Shown piece after piece: positions 1-13,454 of a DNA stretch of 64,000 nt (the first letter of the stretch is position 1; each line of letters opens with the position of its first letter). The notes under the pieces are model-generated. The model saw nothing but the letters and a program-made list of their open reading frames with translations, was not told the DNA's origin and did not search any database. The stretch lies in assembly GCF_965262535.1 (NCBI RefSeq), contig NZ_OZ253542.1. The stretch is one strand, 5' to 3'. Source of the DNA: Brevundimonas sp. (GTDB taxonomy: Bacteria > Pseudomonadota > Alphaproteobacteria > Caulobacterales > Caulobacteraceae). Position numbers and translations under genes: made by a program.

Positions 1-558
1 TCCGAGCGTGTCATCCAACAACTGCTGAAGGAGGCCGGCGCGGCCGGCCTCGCCAACGACGTGGTCAGGGTTCAGGCCAGCGGGGCTGAAGCCGCCGCCG
101 ACATGGGACAGGTCGCCTCGCCCGAAACCTATGTCGGTTATGCGCGCGCCGAAAACTTCCGCTCGCCCGGCGGCCTGGCCCGCGACGGCGTCAAGACCTA
201 TGCGGGCGCGCCGTTGCAACTGAACGACTGGAGCTTGGCCGGCGACTGGCGGGTTACGCGCGAACACGCCGATCTGCAGAAGGCCGGCGGTCGCGTCTCC
301 TTCCGGTTCAAGGCGCGCGACCTGCATCTGGTCATGGGCCCCAGCCAGACCGGCGCCACGCCTCGCTTCCGCGTCACCATCGACGGCGCGGCGCCGGGCG
401 TCGACGCCGGGTCGGACATCGACGCCCAGGGCCTGGGCCGCATCCAGGGCGAAAGGCTCTATCAGTTGATCCGCCAGGTGGGGCCGGTGCGCGAATGCAC
501 CTTCGAGATCGAGTTCCTGGACCCCGGCGTTCAGGTCTTCGCCTTCACCTTCGGCTAG
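1..558 (+). CDS. DipZ-like cytochrome c biogenesis/thioredoxin protein, C-terminal part (5' truncated by window edge)
   Basis: Frame 1 is open from base 1 (SERVIQQLLKEA...). The sequence SPETYVGY..., YQLIRQ, FEIEFLDPGVQVFAFTFG matches the DipZ C-terminal domain. Confidence 0.75.
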   Translation, partial: SERVIQQLLKEAGAAGLANDVVRVQASGAEAAADMGQVASPETYVGYARAENFRSPGGLARDGVKTYAGAPLQLNDWSLAGDWRVTREHADLQKAGGRVSFRFKARDLHLVMGPSQTGATPRFRVTIDGAAPGVDAGSDIDAQGLGRIQGERLYQLIRQVGPVRECTFEIEFLDPGVQVFAFTFG

Positions 559-1286
559 AGCCGGCCGGCCTCGGCCAGCTTGTCCAGCATCCATACGCGG
601 GCGGGCGGCAGGGGCCGGTTCTGCGGGTGGAAGACGAACTGCTCCAGGAAATGGCCGGTCAGGTCGAACCCGGCCCGAACGTCGCCCTCGATCAGACCCG
701 CCTGGGCGCCCAGCATGAAGGGCGGCAGGGTCAGCATCTTGTCGGCATAGGGGGCGCCGGCCTCGCGGCTGACCGCCCGGCCGGTGCGGGGACTGACATA
801 GATTAGGTCGTCCGCGGTCCCCGTCGCCGCACATTTCGACAGGTCCAGGCCAAAGCCCAGGTCTTCCAGCAGCCCGGCCTCGAACCGCACGAAGATGGCC
901 GGCCACACGTCCGGCAGGGCGAAGGCCGCCATCAGGGCCTCGAACGCCAGGAAGACGCCGGGATGCGGCTCGCGCTCCGGCAGGGCCCCTTGCGCTACGC
1001 CGGCCGCGGCGGCCAGGCCGGTCAGGGCCAGGGCGTCGTCGAACAAGGCGCTAGGCCCCTCGCCCACCGGCTCCAGCCGCGCCGCGCCCAGATGGTCCGA
1101 TGTGCGCGCCCGGTAGTCCGCCACAACCCGCGCCCCGGCCTGCAGAAAGGGCCGCATCTTGCGCGACGCCCCACCCGCAACATAGGCCGAGCGCCGCCCG
1201 TGCCCCTCGGTCAGCAGATCGACGACCGCGCCCGTGTCGCCGTGGACGCGCGCCGACAGAACAAAGGCCTCTTCGTGGAAATCCAT
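555..1286 (-). CDS. recO: DNA repair protein RecO
   Basis: EAFVLSARVHGDTGAVVDLLT, CAATGTADDLIYVSPRTGRAVS; lies downstream of era on the same strand. ATG at 1286. Confidence 0.95.
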   Translation of the reverse strand: MDFHEEAFVLSARVHGDTGAVVDLLTEGHGRRSAYVAGGASRKMRPFLQAGARVVADYRARTSDHLGAARLEPVGEGPSALFDDALALTGLAAAAGVAQGALPEREPHPGVFLAFEALMAAFALPDVWPAIFVRFEAGLLEDLGFGLDLSKCAATGTADDLIYVSPRTGRAVSREAGAPYADKMLTLPPFMLGAQAGLIEGDVRAGFDLTGHFLEQFVFHPQNRPLPPARVWMLDKLAEAGRL

Positions 1287-1332
1287 CGCCACGGCTTAGC
1301 GCCGCCCCGCGAAGTTGGCCATACGTTCCGCC

Positions 1333-1806
1333 TCAATGGGCGGGCGCCGCCTCGCCCTTGATCAGGGCCACAACCGCATCGGCCTTGTCGTTGGGCACCG
1401 CGAAGCTGAGCACATATTGTTCGATTTTCCACCCGTCGTCGGTCAGTCGCACGACGCCCGAGCCGCGCGTCTCGCCATAGGACGGACTGGCCAGCTTCTC
1501 CTCGAACCAGGCGATACAGCGACAGTCGATCGGCGCGATGGTGATGGTTCGAGACGTCGCCGGAAACGACCAGGCGCTGTCGCGCTTGAAAGCCGGCTCG
1601 GCATAGGCGCGCAGTTGCGCCAACGTCCAGTGTTCGCTGGCGTCCGTGCCGACGAAGCGGGCATCGGGGGCGAACAGGCTGAAATAGGTGGCTTCGTCGG
1701 CGGTGGACGAGGCCTGGTTCAGGCGATCCAGCACCGACGCCACCTGCGCCTCCGCGGTCGGGGCGGCCTGTGACAGAGCCAGGGCGGCGATCAAGGCGGT
1801 CAACAT
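1333..1806 (-). CDS. Exported NTF2/SnoaL-like protein
   Basis: Signal peptide MLTALIAALALSQA; YFSLFAPDARFVGTDASEHW, RGSGVV...WKIEQYVLSF are NTF2-fold features. Confidence 0.75.
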   Translation of the reverse strand: MLTALIAALALSQAAPTAEAQVASVLDRLNQASSTADEATYFSLFAPDARFVGTDASEHWTLAQLRAYAEPAFKRDSAWSFPATSRTITIAPIDCRCIAWFEEKLASPSYGETRGSGVVRLTDDGWKIEQYVLSFAVPNDKADAVVALIKGEAAPAH

Positions 1807-1875
1807 GGCGATCTCCCTTCGTTGGTCCAGAAGGGTGCAGCCCCCACCGCCCTGCCGCAAGCCGCAATCGGGCGC

Positions 1876-2487
1876 CTAGTCGGCGCTTTCCGGCACGGGA
1901 TAGGTTTCCGGTTTTAGCACCTTGGCCAGGGCCAGCAGGTTGCGCGCGGCGTTGCGGCCCACCCGGTCGGCGTAGTCGTGGCCTTGGTTCGTCTCCACAT
2001 AGTCCGGCCCCGGTCCCGGCCCAAGATGCCAGTAGGTCCAGCTTTGCGCCGGCATGGTGAACCCCATGTCGATTAGGGCCTGGGACACGGTGGCGACGAT
2101 GTGGTGGGCGCCGTCCTCGTTGCCGGTGATGACGATGCCGCCGACCTTTCCGAAGGCGACGGGTCGGCCGCTGTCGTCCGTCTCCTCGAACAGGGCGTCC
2201 ATCCGCTCCAGGGCGCGCATGCAGACGCTGGACATCTGGCCGACCCAGGTCGGCGTGGCGAAGACGACGATGTTGGCCGCCATGATCTTGGCGTGGACCG
2301 CGGGCCAGCCGTCGCCCTCGCCCTGATCGGTCTTCACGCCGGGCTTGAGGTTCAGATCGACCAGGCGAACCAGCTCGGACTCCGCACCGCCCTTCTTCAG
2401 TTCGTCGATCACCACCTGGGCCAGGGCCTCGGTGCTGGACGTCTCGGGCGACGGCTTCAGCGTGCAGTTCAGGATCAGGGCTTTCAT
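1876..2487 (-). CDS. Flavodoxin-like NAD(P)H-dependent FMN reductase family protein
   Basis: LNCTLKPSPETSST, ATPTWVGQMSS, KVGGIVITGNEDGAHH. Confidence 0.85.
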   Translation of the reverse strand: MKALILNCTLKPSPETSSTEALAQVVIDELKKGGAESELVRLVDLNLKPGVKTDQGEGDGWPAVHAKIMAANIVVFATPTWVGQMSSVCMRALERMDALFEETDDSGRPVAFGKVGGIVITGNEDGAHHIVATVSQALIDMGFTMPAQSWTYWHLGPGPGPDYVETNQGHDYADRVGRNAARNLLALAKVLKPETYPVPESAD

Positions 2488-2516
2488 CGGCGGGTCCTTT
2501 TGATGGGCCTCCAGCT

Positions 2517-2541
2517 AACCGATGGCCGCATCCGGCGTTCC
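2517..2541 (-). promoter_or_regulatory. Putative sigma-EcfG/SigT (general stress) promoter GGAAC-N16-GGTT
   Basis: The minus strand reads GGAAC gccggatgcggccatc GGTT, 30 nt upstream of the flavodoxin ATG. The alphaproteobacterial consensus is GGAAC-N16/17-CGTT (one mismatch). Confidence 0.5.
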
Positions 2542-2617
2542 CGCCTTGATCGAGATCATGGACGCGAGGCGTCGCCTCGACCAAGGTCGAATGGATCACC
2601 GTCGTCGCGCCGACTAG

Positions 2618-5421
<2,804 letters not shown>

Positions 5422-5427
5422 GGGAAC

Positions 5428-6375
5428 TCAGACGTCGAAATCCAAACCGAACTGGGCGTACAGGGCGCGGCTGTCCTGCCATTTCGGATCGACCTTGACG
5501 GTCAGGAACAGATGGACCTGGCGGCCCAGGATCTCGTTCAGCTCCTCGCGCGCCTTCTGGCCGATCCATTTCAGCGTCTGGCCGCCCTTGCCCAGGACGA
5601 TGGGCCGCTGGCTCTCGCGCTCGACATAGATGGTCTGTTCGATGCGGGCCGAACCATCAGCGCGGTCCTCGAAACTGGTCGTCTCCACCGCCGCCGAATA
5701 GGGCAGCTCCTCGTGGACGCGCAGATAGACCTTCTCGCGCGTGATCTCGGCCGCCAGCACCCGCACCGGAACGTCCGCCGCCTGATCCTCGGGATAGAGC
5801 CAGGGCCCCTTGGGCATCGAGCGCGCCAGACGCTGCTTCAGGTCTTCGACGCCGTCGCCGTTGGCGGCCGAGATCATATAGACCTCTTCATAGACGCCGC
5901 TCTCGAACAGCTTCTGCGACAGGGCCAACAAGGTGTCGCGACGCATCCCGTCGATCTTGTTCAGCGCCAGGATGACCTTGGTCTTGGTGGCCTGGAGATT
6001 GGCGATGATGGTCTCGGTGTCCTCGGCCGAGCGCCGGTCGGCCGCCGTGCCCTCCCGCCCTTCGGAATCGATGTGCGACTGGGCGTCGATCAGGTGAACC
6101 ACCACATCGGCGTCTTCCGCCCCTCCCCAGGCCGAGGCGACCATGGCCCGGTCCAGGCGACGGCGCGGCGTGAAGATGCCAGGCGTGTCCACCAGAACGA
6201 TCTGGGCGTCGCCCTCCATGGCGATGCCGCGCACGGGGAAGCGGGTCGTCTGCACCTTCTGGGTGACGATGGAGACCTTGGACCCGGTCAGCCGGTTGAC
6301 CAGCGTGGACTTGCCGGCGTTCGGCGCGCCGATGATGGCGGCGAAGCCCGCGCGCTGGTTTTCGATATCGGTCAA
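5428..6375 (-). CDS. era: GTPase Era
   Basis: [13 protein letters not shown] and NKID motifs plus a KH domain; follows rnc. Confidence 0.98.
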   Translation of the reverse strand: MTDIENQRAGFAAIIGAPNAGKSTLVNRLTGSKVSIVTQKVQTTRFPVRGIAMEGDAQIVLVDTPGIFTPRRRLDRAMVASAWGGAEDADVVVHLIDAQSHIDSEGREGTAADRRSAEDTETIIANLQATKTKVILALNKIDGMRRDTLLALSQKLFESGVYEEVYMISAANGDGVEDLKQRLARSMPKGPWLYPEDQAADVPVRVLAAEITREKVYLRVHEELPYSAAVETTSFEDRADGSARIEQTIYVERESQRPIVLGKGGQTLKWIGQKAREELNEILGRQVHLFLTVKVDPKWQDSRALYAQFGLDFDV

Positions 6376-7082
6376 ATGACGCCTTCACGTTTGAGGAGAG
6401 CCGTTGCGGCCGCCTTCTCCGCCTCCTGACGCGAACGCCCTTGCGCGGTCAAGGGCTGCACGTCCTGCACCGAAACTTCGACGGTGAATGTCGGCGCATG
6501 ATCCGAACCCGTCCGATCAGCGACGCGATAGGTCGGCAGCGGCCGTCCCTGCCCTTGCGCCCACTCCTGCAAGGCCGACTTGGGATTGGTCACGGTGCGC
6601 GACGGCGGCGCCGACAGTTCATAGGCCCAGGCGTGTTCGAAGAAGGCGCGCGCCGCATCCAGGCCGCCGTCCAGATAGACCGCCGCCAGCAGGGCCTCGA
6701 CCGCATCGGCGATGACGCCCGCCTTGCGACGCCCGCCGGTCTTGGTCTCTCCGGGCGACAGCCTGAGCGCCGGGCCGACGCCCAGGGCCTCGCCCACACG
6801 GGCGCAGGCATTCTTGTCGACCAAGGCGTGCAGGCTGGACGACAGCTGGCCTTCGTCGGCGGTGGGGAAGTCGCTGGACAGCCGATCGGCCACCAGCAGT
6901 CCCAGCACCCGGTCGCCCAGGAACTCCAGCCGCTCGTTGTCGCGCGGGCCATGCACGCCCGCCGGCGCCCCCTCGCCCACGCTGGCGTGGGTCAGGGCGC
7001 GCTCCAGCAGCGCCTTGTCCTTGAACGCATGGCCGATCCGGCGCTCAAGCGCGACGACCGCCTCGGCCCGCAGATTGGCCAT
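6372..7082 (-). CDS. rnc: Ribonuclease III
   Basis: [14 protein letters not shown] signature; C-terminal dsRBD ([11 protein letters not shown]). The ATG at 7082 overlaps the lepB stop. Confidence 0.97.
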   Translation of the reverse strand: MANLRAEAVVALERRIGHAFKDKALLERALTHASVGEGAPAGVHGPRDNERLEFLGDRVLGLLVADRLSSDFPTADEGQLSSSLHALVDKNACARVGEALGVGPALRLSPGETKTGGRRKAGVIADAVEALLAAVYLDGGLDAARAFFEHAWAYELSAPPSRTVTNPKSALQEWAQGQGRPLPTYRVADRTGSDHAPTFTVEVSVQDVQPLTAQGRSRQEAEKAAATALLKREGVI

Positions 7083-7975
7083 CAGTGCAGGACGTTGAAG
7101 AACCGGTCCAGACGCACGTTGAACCAGCTGACCGGGTTCCACAGCGAGGAGCCGGGCTTCCACGAGAACAGGATGATCTGCGCCTTGCCGACCAGGTTCT
7201 CGGCCGGGACCATGCCCACGCCGCTGGACTGTTCGACGCGGCTGTCGATCGAGTTGTCGCGGTTGTCGCCCATCATGAAGTAATGGCCGGCCGGCACCTC
7301 ATAGACGGGCGTATCGTCCAGATCGTTTCCGGGGCCGAAGTCCTGGGTCATGAAGCTCTTGCCCTCGGGCAGGGTTTCACGAACCTCGGTGACCGGGCGC
7401 GGACCGAAGATGTCTTCGATCTCGGTGCGGGTGACGACCACGTCCTGAACGGGCTTGTCGTTGATATACAGCTTGTTGGCGATCATCTGGATGCGGTCGC
7501 CAGGTAGGCCGATCACGCGCTTGATGAAGTCGGTCTTGTTGTCGCGCGGCAGTTTGAACACGACGATGTCGCCGCGCTTGGGCGCCGAACCCATGATCCG
7601 GCCGTCGAAAAGCGGCGGGCTGAACGGGATGGAGTGTTTCGAGAAGCCGTACGACCATTTCGACACGACGATATAGTCGCCTTCGTACAGGTTCGGCTCC
7701 ATCGAGGCGGACGGAATGGTGAAGGGCTGGAACAGGAAGATCCGCAGCACCATGGCGATCAGCAGGGCGAAGACGATGGTCTTGAAGATTTCGCCGGTCT
7801 CGCTGGCCGCCGACGCCTTCTTGCCGCGCTCGCCGGGCGTGTTGGCATAGACCTTCTGGTTCGCCGTCGTCGGTTCCTGAACCGACTTGACCGGAGCGTC
7901 GGCTTCCGACGCCGCAAAACGTTCCTCGGGGGTGGCGTCGCGATTGGCGTCGTCGGGCTTTTGGTCTTCGCTCAT
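7082..7975 (-). CDS. lepB: Signal peptidase I
   Basis: PSASMEPNL (catalytic Ser), [11 protein letters not shown] (Lys), [11 protein letters not shown]. The start could also be 7987. Confidence 0.95.
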   Translation of the reverse strand: MSEDQKPDDANRDATPEERFAASEADAPVKSVQEPTTANQKVYANTPGERGKKASAASETGEIFKTIVFALLIAMVLRIFLFQPFTIPSASMEPNLYEGDYIVVSKWSYGFSKHSIPFSPPLFDGRIMGSAPKRGDIVVFKLPRDNKTDFIKRVIGLPGDRIQMIANKLYINDKPVQDVVVTRTEIEDIFGPRPVTEVRETLPEGKSFMTQDFGPGNDLDDTPVYEVPAGHYFMMGDNRDNSIDSRVEQSSGVGMVPAENLVGKAQIILFSWKPGSSLWNPVSWFNVRLDRFFNVLH

Positions 7976-8030
7976 GCGATCAGGCATCCTCGCCGCGTCC
8001 GCGCGGTCATCGCGCACGCCTATAACCTGA

Positions 8031-8432
8031 TTACGACTGCGGCAAGGCTTCGATGACCACGAAGGCCAGCGCATAGGGATGTTCGTCGCTCAGCGTCAGG
8101 TGGATCTTCGCCTCGTGTCCGGGCGGCGTCAGGCGCGCCAGATGCTCGGCCGCGTGTCCGGTCAGGGCCATCGTCGGCTGGCCGGAGCGCAGGTTCACCA
8201 CCCCCATGTCTTTCCAATAGACATCGGCACGCATCCCCGTGCCCAGCGCCTTGGCGCAGGCCTCCTTTGCGGCGAACCGCTTGGCGTAGCTCCAGGCCGG
8301 GTCTGGTTTGCGGTCCGAGCGCGTGCGTTCCAACGCGGTGAAGCAGCGGTTCTTGAAGCGATCCCCGAACCGATCCAGCGAGGTCTGGATGCGGCGAATG
8401 TCCGACAGATCGGCGCCGACCCCGATGATCAT
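8031..8432 (-). CDS. acpS: Holo-ACP synthase
   Basis: [32 protein letters not shown]. Confidence 0.96.
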   Translation of the reverse strand: MIIGVGADLSDIRRIQTSLDRFGDRFKNRCFTALERTRSDRKPDPAWSYAKRFAAKEACAKALGTGMRADVYWKDMGVVNLRSGQPTMALTGHAAEHLARLTPPGHEAKIHLTLSDEHPYALAFVVIEALPQS

Positions 8433-9166
8433 GCCGCGTCCATCGCCGCGCGCATCCGGCGGATGGCGGCGTCCAGGCCGATGAAGATCGATTCCCCGAT
8501 CAGGAAATGGCCGATGTTCAGTTCGCGAATTTCCGGGATGGCCAGCATTCGCGGCGCCGTGTCGTAATCCAGTCCATGCCCCGCATGGACCTCCAGCCCC
8601 AGGATGTCGGCCTGGGCGGCCGCGGCTGCCAGACGTTCGAACTCGACCTCGCGTTCGCCGGGATCGGTCAGATGACAGTAGCGGCCGGTGTGAAACTCGA
8701 CCACCTGGGCGCCGACGGCGGCGGCGGCCTCGACCTGGGCCTCGGCCGGTTCGATGAACAGCGAGACCCGGATGTCGGCCTCGGCCAGCGTCTTCACGAC
8801 GGGGGCGATGCGGGCCTCATGACCGGCGACCGCCAGTCCGCCCTCTGTCGTCACCTCCTCGCGGCGTTCGGGCACCAGACAGGCGGCGTGCGGCCGGTGG
8901 CGCAGGGCAATGGCCATCATCTCCTCCGTCACCGCCATCTCGAAGTTCAGCGGCTTGCCCGCGCGGGCGCATAGAGCGCTCAGCACGTCGATGTCGGCGT
9001 CGGTGATATGGCGACGATCTTCGCGCAGATGGGCGGTGATGCCGTCGGCGCCGGCCGCCAGCGCCGCCTCGGCCGCGCGGGCGGGATCGGGATGAATGCC
9101 GCCGCGCGCGTTTCGCACTGTGGCGACGTGGTCGATGTTGATACCGAGGCGAACGCGCTGGGTCAT
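8429..9166 (-). CDS. pdxJ: Pyridoxine 5'-phosphate synthase
   Basis: [33 protein letters not shown]. Confidence 0.97.
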   Translation of the reverse strand: MTQRVRLGINIDHVATVRNARGGIHPDPARAAEAALAAGADGITAHLREDRRHITDADIDVLSALCARAGKPLNFEMAVTEEMMAIALRHRPHAACLVPERREEVTTEGGLAVAGHEARIAPVVKTLAEADIRVSLFIEPAEAQVEAAAAVGAQVVEFHTGRYCHLTDPGEREVEFERLAAAAAQADILGLEVHAGHGLDYDTAPRMLAIPEIRELNIGHFLIGESIFIGLDAAIRRMRAAMDAA

Positions 9167-9178
9167 CTCAACTCCCGC

Positions 9179-9296
9179 TCATCCCGGCGAAAGCCGGGAC
9201 CCAGTTCTTTTGCACCACCATGTGCCGGCCGACGGCCTGCGCCTCTAGGTTCCGCCCATCGCCCAAAGTGCTGGGTCCCGGCTTTCGCCGGGATGA
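9179..9296. repeat. REP doublet (REPIN-like) hairpin element, 26 bp perfect terminal inverted repeats
   Basis: TCATCCCGGCGAAAGCCGGGACCCAG (9179-9204) and its exact reverse complement (9271-9296) flank a 66 bp spacer. Each arm contains its own CCCGGC-GAAA-GCCGGG palindrome. Confidence 0.85.
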
Positions 9297-9310
9297 ACGG
9301 ACAAAGGAGT

Positions 9311-9895
9311 TCACTTCGACAAACGCCGGCTGCCGGGATCTTCCACCGGCAGCGCGGCCAGTTCCGGCGGCAGGGCGTCGGCCGGATAGGCCGGCACGTC
9401 GAGCGAGGCCAGGGCGATCAGCGGCACGCCGACATCCGCCTTTCCGCCCGACCGATCCACGATACAGGCCGCCGCGATCACCTCGCCCCCCGCCGCCTGG
9501 ATGGCCGCGATGCATTCGCGAGACGACAGGCCGGTCGTGACGATATCCTCGACCATGACCACCTTCTCGCCCGGCTCGACCGAGAAGCCGCGACGAAGCT
9601 TGAAGGCGCCGCCCTCCCGCTCGACATACATCGACCGGACCTTCAAGTGTTTGGCCGTCTCATAGCCGGGAATGATGCCGCCAACGGCGGGAGAGATGGC
9701 GACATCCACAGGGCCGACAGTCGCCACGACCTTCTCGGCCAGGGCCTTGCACAACCGCTCGCAGCGCGCGCCGTCCATGAAGACCAGGTTCTTCTGCAGG
9801 AAGACCGGGCTGTGCAGACCGGAAGACAAAACGAAATGGCCTTCGCGCAGGGCGCCGGCGTCGCGGAACTCGTTGAGGACGTCTTGGGTGTTCAT
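9311..9895 (-). CDS. pyrE: Orotate phosphoribosyltransferase
   Basis: [15 protein letters not shown]-binding [10 protein letters not shown]. Confidence 0.96.
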   Translation of the reverse strand: MNTQDVLNEFRDAGALREGHFVLSSGLHSPVFLQKNLVFMDGARCERLCKALAEKVVATVGPVDVAISPAVGGIIPGYETAKHLKVRSMYVEREGGAFKLRRGFSVEPGEKVVMVEDIVTTGLSSRECIAAIQAAGGEVIAAACIVDRSGGKADVGVPLIALASLDVPAYPADALPPELAALPVEDPGSRRLSK

Positions 9896-9945
9896 GACGC
9901 CGTTCTAGACCCGGATCGCGCGCGGATGAACCCTCCGGCTGCGCT

Positions 9946-10704
9946 TCAGTCGATGTTTTCGTTCGGCCTGAGACCGCGCGCCAGAAGTTCGGCCCAGACG
10001 CCCTCCGCATCCTCCGCGAAACCGATCAGGTTCAGGTCAGAGGCCGCGATCATCCCATGCTCGACCAGGGCGTCGAAACCGATGACGGAGGTCCAATAGG
10101 CCTTGTCCACCAGAACGACGGGCGCCGGCGGGGCCTTGCCCGTCTGGCGCAGGGTCAGAATCTCGAACATCTCGTCGAAGGTGCCGAACCCGCCCGGGAA
10201 AACCACCAGAGCATTGGCGCGCATGGCCAGATGCATCTTCCGCATCGCGAAATAGTGGAAAAGGAAAGTCAGTTCGGGCGTGGAATAGGCGTTCGGCTCC
10301 TGCTCGTGCGGCAGGGTGATGTTGAAGCCGACGGAGGGCGCGCCGGCGTCGAGCGCCCCGCGATTGGCCGCCTCCATGATGCCCGGGCCGCCTCCTGTGG
10401 CGATGACGTTGTCGCGCGGTTCGCCGACCGATCCCCGAAACGCCCCGCCCCGTTCTGACGCCAGCCGCCCAAATGCCCGCGCCTGTTCGTACCAGCGATG
10501 GCCCTCGCGGATGCGGGCGCTGCCGAAGACGACGATGGTGGAGCGCACGCCCCAGGCCCTCAGCGCCTCTTCGGCCTTGGCGTATTCCATCAGGAAACGG
10601 ACGCCGCGCATGGAATCGCCCATCAGGAAATCCTGATCCATCGCCGCCATGCGATAGGACGGCGACGCCATCTGGGCGGCGTTCGGCTTGGTCGTCTCGG
10701 TCAT
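9946..10704 (-). CDS. LOG family (TIGR00730-like) nucleotide phosphoribohydrolase
   Basis: VVFGSAR, TGGGPGIMEAANRGA, FPGGFGTFDE. The ATG at 10704 overlaps the spoT stop. Confidence 0.9.
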   Translation of the reverse strand: MTETTKPNAAQMASPSYRMAAMDQDFLMGDSMRGVRFLMEYAKAEEALRAWGVRSTIVVFGSARIREGHRWYEQARAFGRLASERGGAFRGSVGEPRDNVIATGGGPGIMEAANRGALDAGAPSVGFNITLPHEQEPNAYSTPELTFLFHYFAMRKMHLAMRANALVVFPGGFGTFDEMFEILTLRQTGKAPPAPVVLVDKAYWTSVIGFDALVEHGMIAASDLNLIGFAEDAEGVWAELLARGLRPNENID

Positions 10705-12998
10705 TCGCCCCGCGCGCGTTCCACGGAATCGACGGACGGATTGGCGCGCAGGGCGGCCATGATCATTGTCGCATGTTTGGCGTCCTCGACCTCGACATCC
10801 ACGTCCACGTCGAAGAAGTCCTGCTGGCGATGCGCCATCGACAGGTTGATGATGTTGCCGCCGGCCTCGCCGATCAGGGTCGTGACCTGACCCAGCACGC
10901 CCGGCGCGTTGCGGATCGTCGCGCGGATGCGGGCGGCGGCCACCGCATCCGTCTCGGCCTGGGGCGTCCACTGCAGGTCGTGCCACACCGAATCGTCATC
11001 GGCGAAGGCGGCCAGGGTCTGGCAGTCGATGGTATGCACCGTCAGCCCGGCTTCCGGCTCCAGAATACCCACAATCCGGTCGCCCGGCACCGGGGTGCAG
11101 CATTGGCCGAAATGGACCGACACCCCGGGCGTCAGACCGCCGCCGCGCACGAACAGACGCGCCTTGTCGCCCTCTATCCGCTGTTTCTCCGGCCCGGCCT
11201 TCAGCCGTCCCTTCAGCGCGGGGAACAGGATTTCGGCTGTCGCGGTCGGCGACAGACGCCCGCGCCCCAGACCCTCGAACAGATCGTCCTCGCTGGCCGT
11301 GGCGAGGGTTTCCAGCACCGGCTTCAGCGACACGTCGGCCAACGTCTTGTCGACCCGGCCCAGGGTCTGATCCAGCGCCACGCGGCCCAGCTTGATGAAC
11401 TCTTCCCGCTCCGACGTGCGGATATGGCGGCGGATCGCCGAGCGCGCGCGCCCCGTTACCGTCAGGCTGCGCCAGTCGGCCGGCACTTCGCGTTTGGAGC
11501 CCCGAATGATCTCGATCACGTCGCCGTTCTGAAGCGGCGTCCGCATCGGCTTCAACTCACCGTTGACCTTGACCCCGACGGCCGTGTCCCCAACCTCGGT
11601 GTGGACGGCATAGGCGAAGTCCAGCGGCATGCCGCCGCGCGGCAGCGTCACCAGCTGTCCCTTGGGCGTGAAGACGAACACCTGGTCCAGATACATTTCC
11701 AGCTTGGCGTGCTCGACCCAGTCCTCGCCGCCCTCGCCGTGTTCGATCACCTGAACCAGGTGGCGCAGGTTCTGCAGCGGGTCGCGACCGCCGCCCTGCT
11801 CCATCGCCTCGCGGTCGAAACCATAGGACTGGTTCTTGTAGCGCCAGTGGGCGGCGACCCCATCCTCGGCGACGCGGTCCATCTCCTCGGTGCGAATCTG
11901 CATCTCGATCCGCAGGCCGCGCGGGCCGACGACCGTGGTGTGCAGCGAGCGATAGTTGTTCGACTTCGGCGTGGAGATGAAGTCCTTGAACCGTTCCGGC
12001 ACCATCGGCCATTCGCGGTGGATGACGCCCAGCGCGCGGTAGCAGTCGTCCTCGGCCTCCACGATGACGCGGAAGCCGTAGATGTCGGACAAGGACGAAA
12101 AGCCGACCGACTTCCTCTGCAGCTTGCGCCAGATCGAATAGGGCGTCTTCTGCCGGCCGTAGACATTGGCCTTCAGCCCGGCCTCAGACAACACCCGTTC
12201 GACCTCGCCCGCCACGCCCTCGATGGCGCGGCCATGCTCCAGCTTCAACGCCTCCAGCCGCCGTTCGATAGCGGTCTTGGCGGTTGGATTCAGATGGGTG
12301 AAGGCCAGTTCTTCCAGCTCGGACGCGATCGAGTGGATGCCGATGGACCGGCCCAGCGGCGCATAGACCTCCAGCGTCTCGCGGCTGATCCGTTCGCGCT
12401 TCTCGGGCTTCACGTACTGAAGCGTGCGCATATTGTGCAGACGATCGGCCAGCTTGACCAACAGCACCCGCACGTCCCGACTGATGGCCAGGATGAATTT
12501 GCGCAGGTTCTCGGCCTGGCGCGTGTGCTCGGCCTGAAGCTCCAGCCGCGACAGCTTGGTCACGCCCTCGACCAGGACCGCGACCTCCTCGCCGAACATG
12601 CCCGCGATGTCGTCGCGCGTCGCGGAGGTGTCCTCCACCACGTCATGCAGCAGGGCGGTGACGATGGTGGCGGTGTCGAGCTTGTAGTCGGTCAGTATGC
12701 CCGCGACCTGGATCGGGTGGGCGAAATAGGGATCGCCCGAGGCCCGCAGCTGCGAGCCGTGCATCTTCATCGCATAGACATAGGCGCGGTTCAGCAGCGC
12801 TTCGTCAGCGGTGGGGTCATAGGCCTTGACGGCCTCGATCAGCTCGAACTGGCGCAGAATGGGCGCGCGTTTCGGCTGCGGCGCCGAATCGGCGGGCGCC
12901 GTCTGGGGTTCGTTTTTATTTGCAGATTGGGGCGCCGGCGGAACCGCGTCGGTCCGCGCCGGCAGGATAGTGACGCCAGGGGCTCCCTCGGGCGTCAG
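10701..12998 (-). CDS. spoT: Bifunctional (p)ppGpp synthetase/hydrolase (long RSH); probable CTG start
   Basis: HD motif ([10 protein letters not shown]), RQK, DIYGFR, EMQIRT, TGS and ACT domains. The frame stays open upstream of the first ATG (12770) through the conserved [15 protein letters not shown] segment. Confidence 0.93.
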   Translation of the reverse strand: MTPEGAPGVTILPARTDAVPPAPQSANKNEPQTAPADSAPQPKRAPILRQFELIEAVKAYDPTADEALLNRAYVYAMKMHGSQLRASGDPYFAHPIQVAGILTDYKLDTATIVTALLHDVVEDTSATRDDIAGMFGEEVAVLVEGVTKLSRLELQAEHTRQAENLRKFILAISRDVRVLLVKLADRLHNMRTLQYVKPEKRERISRETLEVYAPLGRSIGIHSIASELEELAFTHLNPTAKTAIERRLEALKLEHGRAIEGVAGEVERVLSEAGLKANVYGRQKTPYSIWRKLQRKSVGFSSLSDIYGFRVIVEAEDDCYRALGVIHREWPMVPERFKDFISTPKSNNYRSLHTTVVGPRGLRIEMQIRTEEMDRVAEDGVAAHWRYKNQSYGFDREAMEQGGGRDPLQNLRHLVQVIEHGEGGEDWVEHAKLEMYLDQVFVFTPKGQLVTLPRGGMPLDFAYAVHTEVGDTAVGVKVNGELKPMRTPLQNGDVIEIIRGSKREVPADWRSLTVTGRARSAIRRHIRTSEREEFIKLGRVALDQTLGRVDKTLADVSLKPVLETLATASEDDLFEGLGRGRLSPTATAEILFPALKGRLKAGPEKQRIEGDKARLFVRGGGLTPGVSVHFGQCCTPVPGDRIVGILEPEAGLTVHTIDCQTLAAFADDDSVWHDLQWTPQAETDAVAAARIRATIRNAPGVLGQVTTLIGEAGGNIINLSMAHRQQDFFDVDVDVEVEDAKHATMIMAALRANPSVDSVERARGE

Positions 12999-13354
12999 TA
13001 CCGCTCCTCCTGGCCGCCGTCGCGGTCGCTTTGCAGCGCGCGGATCAGCTCGGCCTCGGCCATGTTCATGTGCTGCGGTTCGGCCAGCAGGGCGACCGTT
13101 TCCGCCTCGTCCTCGGCTTCCGTACGCTCGTCGACGCGCTGCAGCGTGGTGATGATGGTCTCGCGCAGTTCGTCCGGCACGACGGTGTCGTCGGCGATCT
13201 CGCGCAGGGCGACGACAGGGTTCTTATCGTTGTCGCGGTCGATGGTCAGGGCGGCGCCGTTGGCGATGCTGCGGGCGCGGTGGCCAGCCATCAGCACCAG
13301 GCCAAAGCGGTTCGGAACCTTCTCGATGCAGTCTTCGACGGTGACGCGGGCCAT
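12995..13354 (-). CDS. rpoZ: RNA polymerase omega subunit
   Basis: [36 protein letters not shown]. Confidence 0.98.
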   Translation of the reverse strand: MARVTVEDCIEKVPNRFGLVLMAGHRARSIANGAALTIDRDNDKNPVVALREIADDTVVPDELRETIITTLQRVDERTEAEDEAETVALLAEPQHMNMAEAELIRALQSDRDGGQEERY

Positions 13355-13454
13355 GAATTTCCTCGAACGCGGGGGAGAACCGCGTCAAATACAGATGGAG
13401 ACTGCTTTTTGCAACGTCACAGGGGCGGAAGTTGGGCGCAGACGCCTGCCCGGC

